A stretch of DNA of 24,162 nt from a virus. Its lineage: Duplodnaviria; Heunggongvirae; Uroviricota; Caudoviricetes. The position numbers and the translations under genes are program-made. Shown in pieces: positions 16,176 to 24,159 of the stretch. Position 1 is the stretch's first letter, and the number at the start of each line of letters is the position of its first letter. The notes under the pieces are model-generated. The model did not search any database and was not told the DNA's origin. It saw nothing but the letters and a program-made list of their open reading frames with translations. The stretch lies in the IMG/VR virus record IMGVR_UViG_2690316224_000007. The stretch is one strand, 5' to 3'.

Positions 16176-16541
16176 TTACTGCGTCATACCGTTCAGGGTG
16201 TCACGGCAAACGGCAGCCAGCCGCTGAATTTCCAGCACGGTGTCTTCTGTGTCGGCATAGCGATGTGTGATGCGGATGCTGTCGGCAATCACATCGACGA
16301 TTGCAGAGGATGGGCGCTGGTAAATGCCAATAACGGACGGAGTGCCACCTTCAATGCGGTAAAGCCTGTAATTTCCCTCGTGGCTGTCAATCATGTAGCG
16401 ACCATCAATAACAATCTTTCCGTCAGCGAGCTGCGGTACAGGCAGGGATTTCAGGTACATGTCATAACGTTCACGCACGCGAACGGCAAGATCACGCTCT
16501 GTGTTGAGCAGGTATTCAAGAAAGTCGTTGGCGAGAATCAT
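16176..16541 (-). CDS. Hypothetical early protein (121 aa) immediately upstream of A
   Basis: AAGAGGA SD 8 nt upstream of the ATG; stop lies 6 nt before the A start. Present in all three repeat copies with a few amino-acid differences. No recognisable family. Confidence 0.6.
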   Translation of the reverse strand: MILANDFLEYLLNTERDLAVRVRERYDMYLKSLPVPQLADGKIVIDGRYMIDSHEGNYRLYRIEGGTPSVIGIYQRPSSAIVDVIADSIRITHRYADTEDTVLEIQRLAAVCRDTLNGMTQ

Positions 16542-16613
16542 TGCGGCAATCCTCTTGTTACAGATGTGCGAAGGCCTCCCGCCGCAAGGTGCAGGAAAGG
16601 CCCGGAACAGGAA

Positions 16614-16844
16614 TTAATGGAGTTTGTTTTGCTGCTGGATGAGCTGCTGAAGCTCGCGCAGATCATCCGCCAGATAACTGAAAACAGCGGATGAGTAGAG
16701 GTTTGAAAGTTCGCAGCTACGCTCATGCAGCATATTGATGTGCATGATTTTAGCGACGCGGAATGCGCGGGAAAGTCTGCGGTTGATTTCAGTCTGGATG
16801 TGACGACGCTCCGCGATAGCGCGGTGCTGTTTGCGGTTTGCCAT
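16614..16844 (-). CDS. Hypothetical small basic protein (76 aa)
   Basis: AGAGG SD 7 nt upstream of the ATG; basic helical N-terminus (NRKQHRAIAERRHIQTEINRRL); identical in all three copies. Confidence 0.5.
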   Translation of the reverse strand: MANRKQHRAIAERRHIQTEINRRLSRAFRVAKIMHINMLHERSCELSNLYSSAVFSYLADDLRELQQLIQQQNKLH

Positions 16845-17211
16845 GGTGTGGCCTCTTTGGTTGTAAGTTTTGAAAACTCACCATCCAGAGCTGCGAAACT
16901 GTGGGTGGCGAGACGTACGGGGTTCGCAGTACCGGCAACCAAAGAACCCGGCCCGACCGAAGTCGGCCCCGTACGCCCCGCCATAATTCTGACGCGAAAA
17001 AAACGTGGCAATACAGTACGCACAAAAAAACCGCTGGCGCGGTTGTGCGCTTTGGTTGTCAGCAGGCTGCGAAACCCGGCACCCGTTTTATGAGGTGCAG
17101 CGAAAATGTAACCTGACTGATTGCGGCATGGCAAGCGGTTTTTTTGTGAGAACGGCATACTAAAAAATCCTGATACTGCTCCGGCCAGCGGTTTGCACTG
17201 GCCGGGTGTCA
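16845..17211 (-). ncRNA. Structured non-coding spacer between the SPFH gene and the 76-aa gene (candidate terminator cluster or small RNA)
   Basis: Minus-strand reading shows, in order, an 8-bp-stem hairpin CCGGCCAG..CTGGCCGG just after the SPFH stop, a hairpin AACCGC-GCCA-GCGGTT followed by TTTTTTT, a second T7 run, and a CCGAC-UUCG-GUCGG tetraloop hairpin. The only long ORF across it is low-complexity and out of frame with the 76-aa gene. Identical copies at 20135..20501 and 21523..21889. Confidence 0.4.
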
Positions 17212-17636
17212 TTACTTCACGGGAACGAACGGAACAGCGGTGTTACTGGTCATGTATTGCGGCAGCGTGCCGTTCCATTTGTTGATCGCTTCCAGCTCCA
17301 TAACGCCGGGATTCTGGCGCAGAGCTTCGCCGCGTAAACGAATGGCGTCGGCTTCAGCCTGGGCTTTTGTGCGAATGGCATCGGCCTGTCCGGCAGCTTC
17401 TGCGCGCAACATGTTGGCTTCTGCTTCGCGCTGCTTGACTTCCTGTTCGCGTTGCAGGGTTTTCTGGTTTGCCGTGACTTTGGCATTAATGCTGTCGATA
17501 ACGGTTGGCGGGTATTCCGGCTTACCCACATAAGAGAGGCTCATTACCTGAATGCCGATAGGTGTCGTTTCTGCCTGAATGTCTTTAAGTGCTGAATCCA
17601 GCAGTTCAGACTTGCCACCGTCGATAAATTTATCGN
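17212..17636 (-). pseudogene. 3' fragment of the SPFH lipoprotein gene (copy 1), truncated at an N
   Basis: Colinear with 21890..22314 of the full-length gene; coding continuity ends exactly at the ambiguous base at 17637. Confidence 0.65.
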
Positions 17637-17637
17637 G
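17637..17637. other. Single N: probable contig join
   Basis: SPFH-gene sequence lies directly before the N and mid-gene A sequence directly after it, which cannot be one contiguous locus. Confidence 0.8.
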
Positions 17638-19459
17638 TGCGAATCAGGTAGTCTTTGCGTGGAACAAGTACGCCGCCCTGTTTCTCTATGTAGGTGGCAA
17701 AACATCCGGCATCAGCGGCAGCGAGTACCGCATCCATTGCGTCATCCTTCAGCCGTTGCGGGCCTTCCGGGTTGCGTGCCATCTGGCTGGCAAGGCGGCG
17801 GAGTTCACGCCACACCTGACGGGAGGGGATACCAAAGAACTGGAACTGGCGGACACGGTGAAGGCGCGCCCAGCCGATGGCGCGTTCCACGCTCTCGGCC
17901 ATTGATTTTCCGGTTTCGTGGTCAACGCGTGGCTTGCCCGTTTTCGGGTCGATGCCATCTACGGCGCGGCTGTCCAGGTTCTTTCCGATGTAGGTGGCGA
18001 TGTAGCTGGTTGGCGTGCCTTTTGAGCCGTCGACGTACTCCGCCTTAAAGCGTGGGGTAATATCATCACCCAGCTCGTGACGATCTTCCTGAATGGCAAT
18101 ATCGCGGGTGTGGGACACAATGGTGTCGATTTCTTCCGGATGAGCAAAGACCATCATATGCCAGTGCACGGTGCCGTCATGGTGAGGCTCCACCGTGCGG
18201 ATGCCATACCAGCGCAGGCCGTCGCGGTTCAGTTTCTTGCGGACCGCCGCAAAAAACGTGTTAACCAGGTAATCGCTGGAGTCGCGCATGGTGGCCCCGT
18301 TCCATTTGGGATTCGGATGACCGTTCTCTGTTGTGGCGTGGTATTTTGACGGGCAGGTGATGGTCAGAAACACCGCTTTGTCGCCACGGGCTTCGGCCAG
18401 AAGTTCCAGCCCCTTCATGGTGGCCATCATTTCTGCCTTACGGTGAACCGGGTTACTTACTCCCGCGTAATACACTGTCTCGAGATCAATCGTGAACCCG
18501 TCTTCGTTTTCCAGAATGAAACTTTTCAGGAAATCGCGTGTTTTCTCGCGCTGTGCGCGAAACTCGCTTAACGCGTCCTGGCTCAGATAGGGCGATGTTT
18601 TTCTGGAAACCAGACAGGCGGCGCGGAGTTGTTCTTCCCGCCACTCGCAACGTAACAGCCACAGTTTGCGTTTCCACCATTCCGCACAGGTCAGGCGAAG
18701 GATTGCGCCCGGTAACAGTTCCGTATCCGGATCGCTCTTGTTCAGAGCTTCGTAATGTGGCGGCATGGCGTGCAGGTGTAACGCCATGCGGGCCAGCATC
18801 TGATACGCCTTCAGCGTTACATCCATGGTCAGTTCGCCATCGGTCGCGCCAAAGCCATCGCAGAGTTTTTCGAAGGTGCTGCTGAACATCGCCGCCGTCA
18901 TGGTGGCCAGCGTCTGTATCTGGTACTGGTTGAGCTGCGGCAGGTAAAGCAAATCATCCAGGCGTTCGCGTCCGGCAAGGGAGCGATAACCCGGTGTCAG
19001 CCAGCGGTGGTCGGTGCGGTCCAGACGTTCGAATATTTTGCGCAGTGTTCCGCGCGCGTAGCGTTCAGCCTGCCAGCTCTTTTTGCCTTTCCGGCGATCG
19101 GCTTCCTGTTTTTTGCGCAGGAAGGAGAGGTGGCGAATAAGCGGATCGCGCAGATAGGACGGCAGCAGGCGCAGCGAGGCCATGGCTTCATCCACCGCGC
19201 CGCGTGCCTGTTTTCTGGCGTCTCCTGCCAGTGTGATGGTTTTGTCCTGTTTTTCCTGTGCGTCCAGGCTTTTATTAATCAGGTTGCCCAGCGGCGTGGC
19301 GGAGAACGCCGCATCAGCCATTTCCTGGCGGCGCTCGTTCTCTGCCCGGTAGGCATCCAGCCAGGAGGAAAGCGCGGATTCAGGAACGGGGATCCCCGTT
19401 CCTTCACGCCCCACTGCGTGGCGCGGTTGTTGCCAGTCCCTGATGTACTCTGCCGTCAT
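17638..19459 (-). pseudogene. A: gpA copy 2: N-terminal ~607 codons, truncated at the N
   Basis: Colinear with 14340..16169 but with many substitutions and an indel (HYDALTTDKDRRNEPDTELL versus HYEALNKSDPDTELL), i.e. a divergent allele rather than an exact duplicate. Confidence 0.7.
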
Positions 19460-19465
19460 AGTGAT

Positions 19466-19831
19466 TTACTTCGTCATGCCATTCAGGGTGTCGCGGCAGA
19501 CGGCAGCCAGCCGCTGAATTTCCAGCACGGTGTCTTCTGTGTCGGCATGGCGATGTGTGATGCGGATGCTGTCGGCAATCACATCGACGATTGCAGAGGA
19601 TGGGCGCTGGTAAATGCCAATAACGGACGGGGTGCCATCTTCAATGCGGTAAAGCCTGTAATTTCCCTCGTGGCTGTCAATCATGTAGCGACCATCAATA
19701 ACAATCTTTCCGTCAGCGAGCTGCGGTACAGGCAGGGATTTCAGGTACATGTCATAACGTTCACGCACGCGAACGGCAAGATCACGCTCTGTGTTGAGCA
19801 GGTATTCAAGAAAGTCGTTGGCGAGAATCAT
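19466..19831 (-). CDS. 121-aa early protein, copy 2
   Basis: Differs from copy 1 at three residues (G to D, Y to H, terminal Q to K). Confidence 0.55.
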   Translation of the reverse strand: MILANDFLEYLLNTERDLAVRVRERYDMYLKSLPVPQLADGKIVIDGRYMIDSHEGNYRLYRIEDGTPSVIGIYQRPSSAIVDVIADSIRITHRHADTEDTVLEIQRLAAVCRDTLNGMTK

Positions 19832-19903
19832 TGCGGCAATCCTCTTGTTACAGATGTGCGAAGGCCTCCCGCCGCAAGGTGCAGGAAAGGCCCGGAACAG
19901 GAA

Positions 19904-20134
19904 TTAATGGAGTTTGTTTTGCTGCTGGATGAGCTGCTGAAGCTCGCGCAGATCATCCGCCAGATAACTGAAAACAGCGGATGAGTAGAGGTTTGAAAGT
20001 TCGCAGCTACGCTCATGCAGCATATTGATGTGCATGATTTTAGCGACGCGGAATGCGCGGGAAAGTCTGCGGTTGATTTCAGTCTGGATGTGACGACGCT
20101 CCGCGATAGCGCGGTGCTGTTTGCGGTTTGCCAT
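19904..20134 (-). CDS. 76-aa basic protein, copy 2
   Basis: Identical to copy 1. Confidence 0.45.
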   Translation of the reverse strand: MANRKQHRAIAERRHIQTEINRRLSRAFRVAKIMHINMLHERSCELSNLYSSAVFSYLADDLRELQQLIQQQNKLH

Positions 20135-20501
20135 GGTGTGGCCTCTTTGGTTGTAAGTTTTGAAAACTCACCATCCAGAGCTGCGAAACTGTGGGTGGCG
20201 AGACGTACGGGGTTCGCAGTACCGGCAACCAAAGAACCCGGCCCGACCGAAGTCGGCCCCGTACGCCCCGCCATAATTCTGACGCGAAAAAAACGTGGCA
20301 ATACAGTACGCACAAAAAAACCGCTGGCGCGGTTGTGCGCTTTGGTTGTCAGCAGGCTGCGAAACCCGGCACCCGTTTTATGAGGTGCAGCGAAAATGTA
20401 ACCTGACTGATTGCGGCATGGCAAGCGGTTTTTTTGTGAGAACGGCATACTAAAAAATCCTGATACTGCTCCGGCCAGCGGTTTGCACTGGCCGGGTGTC
20501 A

Positions 20502-20768
20502 TTACTTCACGGGAACGAACGGAACAGCGGTGTTACTGGTCATGTATTGCGGCAGCGTGCCGTTCCATTTGTTGATCGCTTCCAGCTCCATAACGCCGGG
20601 ATTCTGGCGCAGAGCTTCGCCGCGTAAACGAATGGCGTCGGCTTCAGCCTGGGCTTTTGTGCGAATGGCATCGGCCTGTCCGGCAGCTTCTGCGCGCAAC
20701 ATGTTGGCTTCTGCTTCGCGCTGCTTGACTTCCTGTTCGCGTTGCAGGGTTTTCTGGTTTGCCGTGAC
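20502..20768 (-). pseudogene. 3' fragment of the SPFH lipoprotein gene (copy 2), truncated at the N run
   Basis: Colinear with 21890..22156; ends at NNNNNN. Confidence 0.65.
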
Positions 20769-20774
20769 NNNNNN
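20769..20774. other. NNNNNN: probable scaffold gap or contig join
   Basis: Flanked by SPFH-internal sequence on the left and the A 5' end on the right. Confidence 0.8.
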
Positions 20775-20847
20775 CGGGGATCCCCGTTCCTTCACGCCCC
20801 ACTGCGTGGCGCGGTTGTTGCCAGTCCCTGATGTACTCTGCCGTCAT
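20775..20847 (-). pseudogene. A: gpA copy 3: first 24 codons only
   Basis: MTAEYIRDWQQPRHAVGREGTGIP then the N run. Confidence 0.65.
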
Positions 20848-20853
20848 AGTGAT

Positions 20854-21219
20854 TTACTTCGTCATGCCATTCAGGGTGTCGCGGCAGACGGCAGCCAGCC
20901 GCTGAATTTCCAGCACGGTGTCTTCTGTGTCGGCATGGCGATGTGTGATGCGGATGCTGTCGGCAATCACATCGACGATTGCAGAGGATGGGCGCTGGTA
21001 AATGCCAATAACGGACGGAGTGCCACCTTCAATGCGGTAAAGCCTGTAATTTCCCTCGTGGCTGTCAATCATGTAGCGACCATCAATAACAATCTTTCCG
21101 TCAGCGAGCTGCGGTACAGGCAGGGATTTCTGGTACATGTCATAACGATCACGCACGCGAGCGGCAAGATCACGTTCTGTGTTGAGCAGGTATTCAAGAA
21201 AGTCGTTGGCGAGAATCAT
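20854..21219 (-). CDS. 121-aa early protein, copy 3
   Basis: A third allele (substitutions in the RVRDRYDMYQKSL segment relative to copies 1 and 2). Confidence 0.55.
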   Translation of the reverse strand: MILANDFLEYLLNTERDLAARVRDRYDMYQKSLPVPQLADGKIVIDGRYMIDSHEGNYRLYRIEGGTPSVIGIYQRPSSAIVDVIADSIRITHRHADTEDTVLEIQRLAAVCRDTLNGMTK

Positions 21220-21291
21220 TGCGGCAATCCTCTTGTTACAGATGTGCGAAGGCCTCCCGCCGCAAGGTGCAGGAAAGGCCCGGAACAGGAA

Positions 21292-21522
21292 TTAATGGAG
21301 TTTGTTTTGCTGCTGGATGAGCTGCTGAAGCTCGCGCAGATCATCCGCCAGATAACTGAAAACAGCGGATGAGTAGAGGTTTGAAAGTTCGCAGCTACGC
21401 TCATGCAGCATATTGATGTGCATGATTTTAGCGACGCGGAATGCGCGGGAAAGTCTGCGGTTGATTTCAGTCTGGATGTGACGACGCTCCGCGATAGCGC
21501 GGTGCTGTTTGCGGTTTGCCAT
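21292..21522 (-). CDS. 76-aa basic protein, copy 3
   Basis: Identical to copies 1 and 2. Confidence 0.45.
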   Translation of the reverse strand: MANRKQHRAIAERRHIQTEINRRLSRAFRVAKIMHINMLHERSCELSNLYSSAVFSYLADDLRELQQLIQQQNKLH

Positions 21523-21889
21523 GGTGTGGCCTCTTTGGTTGTAAGTTTTGAAAACTCACCATCCAGAGCTGCGAAACTGTGGGTGGCGAGACGTACGGGG
21601 TTCGCAGTACCGGCAACCAAAGAACCCGGCCCGACCGAAGTCGGCCCCGTACGCCCCGCCATAATTCTGACGCGAAAAAAACGTGGCAATACAGTACGCA
21701 CAAAAAAACCGCTGGCGCGGTTGTGCGCTTTGGTTGTCAGCAGGCTGCGAAACCCGGCACCCGTTTTATGAGGTGCAGCGAAAATGTAACCTGACTGATT
21801 GCGGCATGGCAAGCGGTTTTTTTGTGAGAACGGCATACTAAAAAATCCTGATACTGCTCCGGCCAGCGGTTTGCACTGGCCGGGTGTCA

Positions 21890-22720
21890 TTACTTCACGG
21901 GAACGAACGGAACAGCGGTGTTACTGGTCATGTATTGCGGCAGCGTGCCGTTCCATTTGTTGATCGCTTCCAGCTCCATAACGCCGGGATTCTGGCGCAG
22001 AGCTTCGCCGCGTAAACGAATGGCGTCGGCTTCAGCCTGGGCTTTTGTGCGAATGGCATCGGCCTGTCCGGCAGCTTCTGCGCGCAACATGTTGGCTTCT
22101 GCTTCGCGCTGCTTGACTTCCTGTTCGCGTTGCAGGGTTTTCTGGTTTGCCGTGACTTTGGCATTAATGCTGTCGATAACGGTTGGCGGGTATTCCGGCT
22201 TACCCACATAAGAGAGGCTCATTACCTGAATGCCGATAGGTGTCGTTTCTGCCTGAATGTCTTTAAGTGCTGAATCCAGCAGTTCAGACTTGCCACCGTC
22301 GATAAATTTATCGGTGGTCATTTTGCTGGCCAGTCGGTTGAGTGCGTCGGCGATCTTCTGGCGCAGGTCAGTGTCGGTAATGTCATCCACGCCTTTGCGG
22401 TAGGTCTGAAACACTGTAGTAACTTTGGATGGATCAACCTTGTAGGCCACACCGATGTGATAGCCGATGGTTGTGCCGTCACTCATCTGAAAGCTGAACG
22501 GCTCATCGTAGGTCTTCATTTGTTTGAAGGTCGGGAAGATGTAAACCTCGGTATTCCAGCCAGTCCAGTAGCGACCAACGCCAACCACTTCGCCAACGCC
22601 TTTGTCGTCGCCCAGCTTGTTGACTTTGATGCCCACATTACCTGGCTCAACGCGATCGCAGCCAACCAGCAGGATGGCGGCAAAAAGCGGGAGAATCTGA
22701 AAGAGTCTGAATTTCTTCAT
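21890..22720 (-). CDS. SPFH/Band-7 (stomatin/prohibitin/HflK-C-like) lipoprotein, predicted periplasmic-face inner-membrane anchored
   Basis: 276-aa ORF with signal peptide and lipobox LLVGC followed by Asp at +2 (C-D-R-V). SPFH-like core and a C-terminal Ala/Glu/Gln/Arg-rich coiled-coil (REQEVKQREAEANMLRAEAAGQADAIRTKAQAEADAIRLRGEAL). ATGA overlap with the upstream membrane-protein gene. Confidence 0.8.
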   Translation of the reverse strand: MKKFRLFQILPLFAAILLVGCDRVEPGNVGIKVNKLGDDKGVGEVVGVGRYWTGWNTEVYIFPTFKQMKTYDEPFSFQMSDGTTIGYHIGVAYKVDPSKVTTVFQTYRKGVDDITDTDLRQKIADALNRLASKMTTDKFIDGGKSELLDSALKDIQAETTPIGIQVMSLSYVGKPEYPPTVIDSINAKVTANQKTLQREQEVKQREAEANMLRAEAAGQADAIRTKAQAEADAIRLRGEALRQNPGVMELEAINKWNGTLPQYMTSNTAVPFVPVK

Positions 22721-22920
22721 TGTTTAATTTCCTTGATGTACTTACTGAAAAGGCGAACAACGCCTGCCGGGTACAACATGGCAATGAAAATGCCCAGCAA
22801 TACCAGGAAGGAGCTGTCTGATGAAATCATTCGGGGGAGTACCCCTACATACAGAATGAGAGAGACGAGGACGCATACCAGCGCCCATGCATATGCACGA
22901 AACCATGTCTTGTTGTTCAT
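22717..22920 (-). CDS. Small two-helix membrane protein (67 aa), translationally coupled to the SPFH gene
   Basis: ATG at 22920 with an AAGGG SD; product MNNKTWFRAYAWALVCVLVSLILYVGVLPRMISSDSSFLVLLGIFIAMLYPAGVVRLFSKYIKEIKQ has two hydrophobic helices. The longer track ORF from 23052 overlaps the upstream gene out of frame. Confidence 0.5.
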   Translation of the reverse strand: MNNKTWFRAYAWALVCVLVSLILYVGVLPRMISSDSSFLVLLGIFIAMLYPAGVVRLFSKYIKEIKQ

Positions 22921-22930
22921 GTTGCGGCCC

Positions 22931-23230
22931 TTACTGGTTAAGGAAAAAATCGAAAACCTTGTCAATGCGTTGCAGCAGCTCTTGTTGTATTGCTTCCGGC
23001 GTTTCCGGTTCGCCTGGCGCCTCCAACGTCGCGCAGAAATCAGCGATTTCATGATGGAGCGTCAGGCGAATGGCAGGAGCCGTGGTTCTGGCGTGCTCCA
23101 GCTCATCCAGCAATGCCAGCGCAGCAGACGGCGAGAGCATTGCGCGAAATGCCAGTAATTTTTGAGGTGTTGCCATTCGTTGCAGGGCAAATGCCAGTTC
23201 GCGTAGCTTCTGGTGGTTGATGGTGCTCAT
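22931..23230 (-). CDS. Hypothetical early protein (99 aa, acidic, helical)
   Basis: ATGA overlap with the upstream gene stop; no family recognised. Confidence 0.5.
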   Translation of the reverse strand: MSTINHQKLRELAFALQRMATPQKLLAFRAMLSPSAALALLDELEHARTTAPAIRLTLHHEIADFCATLEAPGEPETPEAIQQELLQRIDKVFDFFLNQ

Positions 23231-23493
23231 GTTCTGGCTTCCTTCAGTAGCTGGTTAAACATGTGAGTAAGTGGATTGCTACACCCGAACGGCATCGGGT
23301 TTACGTGGTAAGAAGCCTGGCCTCCAGTTTTGCGAGCGCGACCACCTGTGCTGCGGTTTGTTCTGATGACTAAGCCGCCGCGCCAAAGTTGGCGTAACTC
23401 AGCATTAATGGCTGTGGTTGGAGTATTCAGTGCTGCGGCGATCTCTCCGCCGCTACACCCCGGATGAGTAGCGATGTAGTCCAGAATGGTCAT
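23227..23493 (-). CDS. Putative winged-helix DNA-binding protein (88 aa)
   Basis: N-terminal ILDYIATHPGCSGGEIAAALNTPTTAINAELRQLWRGGLV resembles an HTH followed by a wing; ATGA overlap with the upstream gene. Confidence 0.45.
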   Translation of the reverse strand: MTILDYIATHPGCSGGEIAAALNTPTTAINAELRQLWRGGLVIRTNRSTGGRARKTGGQASYHVNPMPFGCSNPLTHMFNQLLKEART

Positions 23494-23693
23494 CTGCGTG
23501 GCTCCTGTACCTGTCGGATAAGGTTTACCCGCGCCACATTAGTGGCGCAGAAGTAAGTGCCGTCAGTGAGGTAGATGTGATGTGCATCCTTTTCCGAACG
23601 ATGTTTGTCGATAGTGGTAATCAGTCGTTCGTCGACCTCGTATTCGCGGTCTCTGGAGGTGAGGCGAACGACAGGAAAATGCTTAATTGCCAT
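23490..23693 (-). CDS. Hypothetical early protein (67 aa)
   Basis: TAATG overlap with the upstream gene; no family recognised. Confidence 0.4.
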   Translation of the reverse strand: MAIKHFPVVRLTSRDREYEVDERLITTIDKHRSEKDAHHIYLTDGTYFCATNVARVNLIRQVQEPRR

Positions 23694-23956
23694 TACACCC
23701 TCTTGGCTTTATGTCTGTATTTGAGCTTTTCTATTTCTTCTTTTTGTTCTTTTAATGTTCTTATGGCTGTGAAAACATTAAAGCCCATAAAATGTGCTCT
23801 GTTCGCTAATGTAATACTGGCACCTTTGTTAGCTATATCATCTTCAATATCAGTGAAATACTGACTGATTTCTTTTAGTGCGGCGCAAAGCTTTGCGAGA
23901 TCTCGCCCCCTGTCAAAATATGCATCCTTCAGTATTTTTTGATTTGTCCTGAGCAT
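23693..23956 (-). CDS. Hypothetical first gene of the early operon (87 aa from ATG 23956; track ORF extends to 24010)
   Basis: GAGG SD 5 nt upstream of ATG 23956, and a TATATATA -10-like element just upstream; AT-rich codon usage unlike the structural genes. Identity (Cox/Apl/CII-like) unknown. Confidence 0.4.
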   Translation of the reverse strand: MLRTNQKILKDAYFDRGRDLAKLCAALKEISQYFTDIEDDIANKGASITLANRAHFMGFNVFTAIRTLKEQKEEIEKLKYRHKAKRV

Positions 23957-24048
23957 GCTAACCTCGTGTTTATATATATGGATACCTCCGCGAGTGCGGA
24001 TTGTTTTCATGTTTTCTTATTTAATCGTGTGTTTTATTTGTGCTGTTA

Positions 24049-24159
24049 TTCTTCAGTGAAAAAACGCTCAATCTTTTTTACTGAATGAATAATTCGCATA
24101 ATCCCAATAGCGCAGGCCACCGAAATAATCAGAACAAGCCATGAGATAAATATACTCAT
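24049..24159 (-). CDS. Possible small hydrophobic peptide (36 aa) at the window edge
   Basis: MSIFISWLVLIISVACAIGIMRIIHSVKKIERFFTEE, one predicted transmembrane helix. The ATG is 3 nt from the window end, so no upstream signal is visible and the ORF may extend further. Confidence 0.2.

Larger units (their letters stand above)
16097..17478. repeat. 1382-bp direct repeat unit, copy 1 (A 5' end, 121-aa gene, 76-aa gene, structured spacer, SPFH 3' end)
   Basis: Colinear with 19387..20768 (offset 3290) and 20775..22156; ORF coordinates match at constant offsets. Confidence 0.85.
19387..20768. repeat. 1382-bp direct repeat unit, copy 2
   Basis: Same unit, offset 1388 from copy 3; bounded on the right by NNNNNN. 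Confidence 0.85.
20775..22156. repeat. 1382-bp direct repeat unit, copy 3 (continues into the intact SPFH gene)
   Basis: Same unit; the only copy joined to a full-length SPFH gene. Confidence 0.85.

Noticed and set aside
16538-17212. 224-aa minus-strand ORF (copies at 19828..20502 and 21216..21890) spanning the spacer and the 76-aa gene
   Set aside because: Low-complexity Ser/Thr/Arg/Gly-rich product with no hydrophobic core. It overlaps the well-supported 76-aa gene out of frame and runs across terminator-like hairpins and homopolymer tracts, so it is most likely a spurious read-through frame.
16097-22156. Repeated blocks as a CRISPR array or a genuine tandem amplification
   Set aside because: Units are 1.4 kb gene-containing blocks, not short repeat-spacer units, and the junctions coincide with N characters and abrupt switches between unrelated gene interiors, pointing to assembly joins.
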